A DNA stretch of 17,095 bases, from contig NW_021824939.1 in assembly GCF_006345805.1 (NCBI RefSeq), positions 1 to 17,095 of the forward strand, given 5' to 3'. The notes beneath the pieces were generated by a model that was not told the DNA's origin, did no database searches, and worked only from the letters and a program-made list of their open reading frames with translations. A program made the translations under genes and the position numbers. This DNA is from Octopus sinensis (lineage: Eukaryota). Numbering within the stretch: the stretch's first letter is position 1; every line of letters starts with the position of its first letter. Shown in pieces: positions 10,568 through 17,095 of the stretch.

Positions 10568-10696
10568 CGGCAGCACCAGCAGCACCAGCAGCAGCAGCAG
10601 CAACGGCAGCCGTGGCAGCAGCAGCAGCTTGAAGAGAACTCTACCTTAGGACATATATATCCAACATCGCAGACCTCTATGGATGCAACAGCACAA
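10568..10696 (+). CDS. Candidate internal host exon encoding a poly-Gln segment (43 aa, phase 0-0)
   Basis: Acceptor ...TTATTGTCACACTACAG| and strong donor CAA|GTAAGC. Length 129 nt (a multiple of 3). Only the Gln frame is open: [43 protein letters not shown]. It is a GC-richer island between microsatellites. Protein family not recognised. Confidence 0.45.
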
Positions 10697-10829
10697 GTAA
10701 GCTTCGCTCTGTCTCTTCTCTCTTCTCTACTTTTCAGTTGTTCTTTCTGTGTTTATCTTCTAATACTCGTGTCGGTACGAACCGTACTGGGGTTTGTTTC
10801 AGCATTGTGTGTGTATGTGCGTGCATCCG

Positions 10830-10890
<61 letters not shown>

Positions 10891-10917
10891 GCATGCATGT
10901 TGTTTATATATATACTT

Positions 10918-10918
<1 letters not shown>

Positions 10919-10959
<41 letters not shown>

Positions 10960-11059
10960 GTCTGTCTATCTGTCTATCTATTTATCTCTCTATCTCTCCA
11001 TCTATCTACCTATCTATCTATCTGTCTAACTATCCATCTATCCATCTATCCATCCATCC

Positions 11060-11092
<33 letters not shown>

Positions 11093-11235
11093 CCTATCTA
11101 TCTATCTGTCTAACTATCCATCTATCCATCTATCCATCCATCCATCTATCCCTCTATCTATCTATCTATCTACCTATCTATCTACCTATCTATCTATCTG
11201 TCTATCTATCCATCCATCCATCCATCCATCCATCC

Positions 11236-11278
<43 letters not shown>

Positions 11279-11305
11279 CATCCAACCATCTATCTACCTA
11301 TCTAG

Positions 11306-11390
<85 letters not shown>
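10919..11390. repeat. (TATC)n/(CATC)n tetranucleotide array with an internal 84-bp higher-order duplication
   Basis: The rare variant TCTGTCTAACTATCCATC recurs 84 bp apart (CTAAC at 11026 and 11110). Confidence 0.92.
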
Positions 11391-12116
11391 ACCCTATATG
11401 TATGTGTGTTTGTAAATGTATACATATATATATGTCTGCTATACATACATGTATGTATGTATCTATATACTGAAATGGGAATTTGTTTATAAAAAGAATG
11501 AAGAGTGAAACTGAAATGCTATTTATCAGTAGATTTCATTGACTATCAAGTTCTAATGATAACTACACAACTGCATAAATGTTTTATTCTGTAACATACA
11601 CATTTACACATAAACATATACATATTATATATATGCATACTTATGCACAGAGATCACATATACACACACACACATATTCACAGATTTTAGCACTTTTGTC
11701 AGTCTATCTTGTACACTTTGATTAACGTTTGTCACTTTTAGTCTAGTTATGTATGTAACTTGTTTGTTTTCTCTGGTGTATTTTTATTACATTCTTAAAT
11801 AGTTATACTTAAAGTTTTCTTTTTTTCTCTTCTATTCTTAGTTTCTCTTTCACTTTCGCCTGTTTCGGGCTTAACATTTTAATATTGTTAAAATAAAGTC
11901 TACAGTCTCAGTCGAGCTTTTCTTCTTGCACTCCACGAAAATGGAAAAAAGAAAAAAAATCAGTAAAAAATTTAAACTAGTAAATGATTGAATATTTGTC
12001 AGAGAGGTATAGGTTTTAATTTTTTCTCTTAGGAATGAATAGTAGAGGCATAGTAGCAAAGTTCAGAGGGAGAGGAAAAAGTTTAAAACAAAAATAATAT
12101 TTAAATTATTCTAGTG

Positions 12117-12521
12117 GGCGCAGGAGTGGCTGTGTGGTAAGTAGCTTGCTAACCAAACACATAGTTCCGGGTTCAGTCCCACTGTGTGGCATCTTAGGCA
12201 AGTGTCTTCTGCTATAGCCCCGGGCCGACCAATGCCTTGTGAGTGGATTTGGTAGGCAGAAACTGAAAGAAGCCTGTCGTATATATATATATATATAATA
12301 TATATATGTATGCATGTGTGTGTGTGTGTTGTCCCCCTAGCATTGCTTGACAACCGATGCTGGTGTGTTTACCACTTAGCGGGTCGGCAAAAAGAGACCG
12401 ATAGTATAAGTACTGGGCTTACAAAGAATAAGTCCGGGGTCGATTTGCTCCATGACTAAAGGCGGTGCTCAGCATGGCCGCAGTCAAATGACTGAAACAA
12501 AACAAGTAAAAGATAAAGATA
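12117..12521 (+). mobile_element. SINE family 1, full-length, tandem copy A
   Basis: Head GGCGCAGGAGTGGCTGTGTGGTAAG (A box), B box GGTTCAGTCCC, internal TA/TG tract, (AAAGAT)n tail. Confidence 0.93.
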
Positions 12522-12535
12522 AAATTATTCTAGTG

Positions 12536-12946
12536 GGCGCAGGAGTGGCTGTGTGGTAAGTAGCTTGCTAACCAAACACATAGTTCCGGGTTCAGTCCCA
12601 CTGTGTGGCATCTTAGGCAAGTGTCTTCTGCTATAGCCCCGGGCCGACCAATGCCTTGATGAGTGGATTTGGTAGGCAGAAACTGAAAGAAGCCTGTCGT
12701 ATATATATATATAATATATATATATATATGTATGCATGTTGTTGTCTGTGTTTGTCCCCCTAATTGCTTGACAACCGATTGGTGGTTTACATTACACTTA
12801 GCGGTTCGGCAAAAAGAGACCGATAGTATAAGTACTGGGCTTACAAAGAATAAGTCCCGGGGTCGATTTGCTCGACTAAAGGCGGTGCTCCAGCATGGCC
12901 GCAGTCAAATGACTGAAACAAGTAAAAGATAAAGATAAAAGAAAGA
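12536..12946 (+). mobile_element. SINE family 1, full-length, tandem copy B
   Basis: Same structure as copy A, preceded by the same 14-bp flank AAATTATTCTAGTG (12103-12116 and 12522-12535). Confidence 0.93.
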
Positions 12947-13134
12947 TAGTGGAAAACTGAAAGTGAAACTAGGAAAGAACATGATTAAGGAGAATGTAAA
13001 GAATAACTTGAATTTGTCTGCTATATATGGTTACAGACAGCATGAATTAAACTTTAAATTCTCGTACCAGAATTCAGCATGTTTCACTAATTAAAAAAAT
13101 GTGATGTTGTTGTATATAACATTACTCTTTTCAG

Positions 13135-13214
13135 ACTATGCAGGTCTCACTCAATATGATGACAACTTTCACAACACCCATCCTGTACGTAGCTCTCACA
13201 ATGCAATAATGTAA
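13135..13214 (+). CDS. Possible terminal coding exon of a host gene
   Basis: Good acceptor TATAACATTACTCTTTTCAG| at 13134. The phase-1 frame reads xYAGLTQYDDNFHNTHPVRSSHNAIM* (TAA 13212-13214); the phase-0 frame is also open to a stop (TMQVSLNMMTTFTTPILYVALTMQ*). No homology recognised. Confidence 0.28.
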
Positions 13215-13470
13215 CTCACTCAGCACAAATTCTCTGCAAAAGCTTTCTGAAAACAATAACAATTTTTTATCAGTTGGAAACAACATTAAAAGAAAAATAC
13301 ATTATTGTAGCAAACTGGATAAAAGCTCCAAACAACACTTTAGGTGTAAAGTAAGAACTGCAACAAAAATTAAACAGAAAAGAACATGAAAAATATTATA
13401 AGTCTATGTAACTGTTGAAATAATTTGCATGTAAAAAGTTTGAAAGATATAACTATAATAACAAACCATA

Positions 13471-13846
13471 GGCGCAGGAGTGGCTGTGTGGTAAGTAGCT
13501 TGCTAACCAACCACATGGTTCCGGGTTCAGTCCCACTGCGTGGCATCTTGGGCAAGTGTCTTCTGCTATAACCCCAGGCTGACCAATGCCTTGTGAGTGG
13601 ATTTTGGTAGACGGAAATTGAAAGAAGCCTGTCGTATATATGTATATATGTGTATGTGTGTGTGTGTTTGTCCCCCTAGCATTTCTTGACAACCGATGCT
13701 GGTGTGTTTACGTCCCCGTCACTTAGCGGTTCAGCAAAAGAGACCGATAAAATAAGTACTGTGCTTACAAAAGAATAAGTACCGGGGTCGATTTGCTCGA
13801 CTAAAGGCGGTGCTCCAGCATGGCCGCAGTCAAATGACTGAAACAA
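13471..13846 (+). mobile_element. SINE family 1, near full-length, tail absent
   Basis: GGCGCAGGAGTGGCTGTGTGG head through CAAATGACTGAAACAA. Confidence 0.93.
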
Positions 13847-13925
13847 TTATTTTTATGTCTGATCATAGCTGAAAAATCTGTTGTATAACTTATATGTAAT
13901 TGAATAAATATCGTATTTCTATGTG

Positions 13926-13959
<34 letters not shown>

Positions 13960-14039
13960 CGTGTGTATAGCTTCATGAATACATACATTAATGTAGAAAA
14001 CAACAAAAGTAAACAGATTTTTACAGTTTTAAAAGTAAT

Positions 14040-14239
14040 TGCTTGACCTGCTAGAAATAGCAGCCAAATCCCCCCAATCACCCCCCCCCCTTCTGTTTCG
14101 AGACACATCGGCCAGAGTAGCACTAGATAAACAAATACGGGAGATGACCGTGACTGAAATAATTTCGGTCTTTCAGTCACGGGTTTGTGTTTAACCTGGG
14201 TTGACCTGGAGACAAACAACAACAACAACAACAACAACA
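14040..14239 (+). mobile_element. 3' end of a retroposon (SINE/LINE) with terminal stem-loop and (AAC)n tail
   Basis: GACCTGCTAGAAATAGCAGCCAAATC, which I recognise as a recurrent octopus repeat segment; 12-bp perfect hairpin 14148-14159/14171-14182; (AAC)n at ~14213-14239. Confidence 0.5.
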
Positions 14240-14495
14240 CAATCAAATGCACAAATATATGAATTTAAAATGTATGTATAAAATATTACAACAAACACTA
14301 CTGTTACTGCTACTAACAATAATAAGGACTTCTTTGCTTGTTTTTTTTTTAGTGGTTTTTATTAAGTGTTGAGTCTGGAAGTTCTGAAGAGGAGACTAAA
14401 AGTTAGTTGACTAAATCCATCTTAGTATTCGGTTTCTCCTTTATTTTTTCAACCCCCTCAGTGTGATTTCAAGTAATATTAATATCGGTAATAAT

Positions 14496-14633
14496 CCTTT
14501 CTACTAAACGCACAAGGCCTGAAATTTTGGGGGAGGTGGGGTTAGTCAATTTACATCATTCCCAGTGCTCAACTGGTACTTATTTCACTGACCCCCAGAA
14601 AGGATAAAAGTAAAGTTGGCCTCAGTGTAATTT
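14496..14633 (-). mobile_element. SINE family 2, 5'-truncated
   Basis: Matches the copies at 15311, 16150 and 16376 (GCACAAGGCCTGAAATTTTGGGGG...AACTGGTACTT...AAAGGAT). Confidence 0.8.
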
Positions 14634-14635
14634 AT

Positions 14636-14638
14636 AAA

Positions 14639-14670
<32 letters not shown>

Positions 14671-14762
14671 TAATAATAATAATAATGATGATGAAGATAA
14701 TAATAATAATAATAATGATGATGAAGATAATAATAATAATAATAATGATAATAATAATGATA

Positions 14763-14811
<49 letters not shown>

Positions 14812-14926
14812 TAATATTAATAATAATGATAATAATAATAATAATAATATAATAATAATAATAATAATAATATTAATAATAATAATGATAATAATAATAA
14901 TAACAATAATAATAATAATAATAATG

Positions 14927-14978
<52 letters not shown>
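14636..14978. repeat. (AAT)n microsatellite with GAT/GAA variants
   Basis: Direct sequence inspection. Confidence 0.95.
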
Positions 14979-15173
14979 GGACTTACAAACACATATAACA
15001 TACAGAAAATTGCACTACTAGGCACTGCACACATCCTACGCAGAACACTTTCCATACAATAACCATCAGAGCATCACAACAAATCACAGCACATAGAGCT
15101 GTGCTCGGTAGTGAAGTGAAAGCACGCTATAAAAATAAAAATAAAACTACTGAATAATAATAATAATAATAAT
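14979..15173 (+). mobile_element. 3' end of an R4/Dong-like (REL-endonuclease) LINE with 3' UTR and (AAT)n tail
   Basis: 14979-15062 translates GLTNTYNIQKIALLGTAHILRRTLSIQ*, matching the QKxxLLGTAxILRxxL terminal motif of R4/NeSL-type ORFs. Flanked by (AAT)n on both sides. Confidence 0.8.
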
Positions 15174-15174
15174 A

Positions 15175-15290
15175 TCTTCTTTATTACCCACAAGGGGCTA
15201 AACATAGAGGGGACAAACAAGGACAGACAAATGGATTAAGTCGATTATATCGACCCCAGTGCGTACCTGGTACTTAATTTATCGACCCCG
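15175..15290 (-). mobile_element. SINE fragment: family 2 core with a different 3' tail
   Basis: Core GTCGATTATATCGACCCCAGTGCGTACCTGGTACTTAATTTATCGACCCCG is shared with family 2, but it adjoins CCCACAAGGGGCTAAACATAGAGGGGACAAACAAGG instead of GGCACAAGGCCTGAAATTTT. Confidence 0.75.
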
Positions 15291-15310
15291 ATAACAACAA
15301 CAATAATGAT

Positions 15311-15522
15311 TTTTCCTACTCTAGGTGCAAGGCCTGACAATTTTGTGGAGTGGGGCCAGTTGATTAGGTCGATCCTAGTATGCAACTGGTACTTAATATA
15401 TCGACCTCAAAAGGATGAAAGGCAAAGTCAACTTGGAGTTTGAACTCACAATGTTAAGACAGATGAAATACCTGCTAAGCATCTCGCCTGGTGTGCTAAC
15501 ATTTCTGCCAGCTCGCCACCTT
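15311..15522 (-). mobile_element. tRNA-derived SINE, family 2, full-length
   Basis: Minus strand: head AAGGTGGCGAGCTGGCAGAAATGTTAG (A-box-like), B box GAGTTCAAACTCC, core GCCTTTCATCCTTTTGAGGTCGAT..TAAGTACCAG, short (ATY)n tail. Confidence 0.88.
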
Positions 15523-15731
15523 AATAATAATAACAATAATAATAATGATGGTGATGATGATAATAATAATAATAATAATAATAACAACAGCAATACTAAT
15601 ACTACTTCTACTACTAATAATGATGATGATGATGATGATATATTAATAATGCTTGTTTATTTACAATTAAGGCTTCACAAAAAAAAAGACATTGGGGATG
15701 ATACAGGATGATAATAATAATGATAATGATA

Positions 15732-15930
15732 GTTTCATATTTTGGCACAAGGCCAGTAATCTCAATGGAGGGGATAAATTGATTACATTGACCCCTAGTG
15801 TTCAACTGGTACTTTGAAAGGATGAAAGGCAAAGTCAACTTCAGTGGAATTTGAACTCAGAATGTAAAAATGGACAAAATGCTGCTAAGAAATTTACCTG
15901 GTGTGCTAGCAATTTTGCCAGCTTCTCATT
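15732..15930 (-). mobile_element. SINE family 2, full-length, third tail variant
   Basis: B box GAGTTCAAATTCC and core are present; the tail-side sequence is GTTTCATATTTTGGCACAAGGCCAGTAAT. Confidence 0.8.
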
Positions 15931-16051
15931 TTAATAATAATGATAATAATAATAATAATAATAATAACCCTAGGAGTCGGGAAGACACTCAGCAAGAAAT
16001 GGAAGCAAATTTGAAAGAAGAAGAAAAAAAAAGATAATAATAATAATAATG

Positions 16052-16082
<31 letters not shown>

Positions 16083-16149
16083 TAATAATAATAATAATAA
16101 TGATAATAATAATAATGATAATAATAATAATAATAATAATAATATAATG

Positions 16150-16363
16150 CTTCCCACTAAAGGCACAAGGCCTGAAATTTTGGGGGAAGGAACTAGTCAA
16201 TTACATTGACCCCAGTATTTCATAGGTACTTAATTTATTGACTCCGAAAGGATAAATGGCAAAGTTGGCTTTGGTGGAATTTGAACTCAGAACATAGCGA
16301 TAAATGAAATGCTGTAAAGCCTTTTTGCCCAGTGGGCTAATGATTCTGTCAGTTCATCACCTT
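16150..16363 (-). mobile_element. SINE family 2, full-length
   Basis: Same head, B box, core and tail as the 15311 copy. Confidence 0.85.
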
Positions 16364-16375
16364 CTTAATAATGAT

Positions 16376-16575
16376 CCTTTCTATTATAGGCACAAGGCCT
16401 GAATTTTTTTTTTTTTTATGGTGGGTCAGTCGATTAGATTGACCTCAGTATGCAACTGGTACTTAATTTATTGACCTCGAATGGATGAAAGGTAAAGTCA
16501 ACCTCGAGGAATTTGAAGCAGCAGACAAAATACCACCAAGCATTTTGCCTGGCTTGCTTATGATTCTGCCGCCTT
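16376..16575 (-). mobile_element. SINE family 2, near full-length
   Basis: Same core and tail; small deletions in the head region. Confidence 0.85.
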
Positions 16576-16580
16576 CTTAA

Positions 16581-16581
16581 C

Positions 16582-16644
<63 letters not shown>

Positions 16645-16682
16645 TAATAATAATAATAGTAATAATAATAATAACAATGATA
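16581..16682. repeat. (AAT)n microsatellite
   Basis: Direct sequence inspection. Confidence 0.95.
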
Positions 16683-16687
16683 AGAAT

Positions 16688-16797
16688 CATTTCTATTATA
16701 GGCATAAGACCAGGAATTTTGATGGGGTGAGACTAGTTGATTACATTGACTCCTGTGTTCAACTGGTATAGTTTTGAGGGGAGGGGGTCAGTTGATA
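16688..16797 (-). mobile_element. SINE family 2, 3' fragment(s)
   Basis: TTTCTATTATAGGCATAAG...TTGATTACATTGACTCC..TTCAACTGGTA, followed by a second TTTTGAGGGGAGGGGGTCAGTTGAT piece. Confidence 0.65.
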
Positions 16798-17030
16798 CTC
16801 TCAACTCTAATACTTAACTTATAATAACAGTAATTTATGATAACTTATAATTACAATAATTTTTCTACCATAATCATGGTGTAAATGGCAATAATGACAA
16901 GGACAGTGGTGATGATGGTGGTTGGTGGTGGTGGCGGTAGTAATGTTAATGATGATGGTGATGGTAATGGTAAAGGTGGTGGTGGTGGTGGTGGTTGCAG
17001 TGATGGGGACGATTACTGTTTCAATCATAG

Positions 17031-17095
17031 CAAGAAGATTTTGAATTTGGGCAGAGGTGGGGGTTATTCCATCGAATTGACCTCAGCACTTCACT
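17031..17095 (-). mobile_element. Possible further diverged family 2 copy running off the window
   Basis: CAAG..TTTTGAATTTGGGCAGAGGTGGGG..ATCGAATTGACCTCAGCAC is a weak match to the family 2 tail and core. Confidence 0.35.

Noticed and set aside
11900-12010. Possible exon after GTCTACAG
   Set aside because: A-rich, stops in the plausible frames and no good donor.
12117-12190. tRNA gene
   Set aside because: The A and B boxes belong to SINE heads; there is no complete cloverleaf and the sequence continues into SINE body.
14384-14440. CTGAAGA followed by a GGAGAC/GTTTCTCC partial stem
   Set aside because: No GAAA after the stem, so it is not a hammerhead.
246-16200. Most ORFs in the supplied track (Ile/Tyr, His/Thr, Val/Cys, Leu/Ser/Ile/Tyr, poly-Ile, poly-Asn, poly-Glu/Lys)
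   Set aside because: They are stop-free read-throughs of (TA)n, (CA)n, (TATC)n, (AAT)n and (AAG)n repeats or of SINE sequence, not genes.

Overview
AT-rich, microsatellite-dense eukaryotic DNA with no intact gene. The SINE and LINE sequences resemble those of octopus/cephalopod genomes, but this is my recognition and not a database result. Nearly all listed ORFs are read-throughs of simple repeats. The window contains: a long fold-back palindrome (1-369, left arm runs off the window); a TTAA-flanked piggyBac-type MITE; a decayed RTE LINE fragment; a decayed Tc1 (DD34E) transposase interrupted by a 5'-truncated RTE LINE; five copies or fragments of a tRNA-derived SINE with an internal microsatellite, two of them in tandem, plus an older head fragment; and an (AAT)n-rich 2.6-kb end holding at least seven same-strand copies of a second SINE family and an R4/Dong-like LINE 3' end. 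The most notable unexplained signal is a type I hammerhead-ribozyme-like motif at ~4165-4252. There are also two isolated candidate host exons on the + strand: a poly-Gln exon (10568-10696) and a possible terminal exon (13135-13214).
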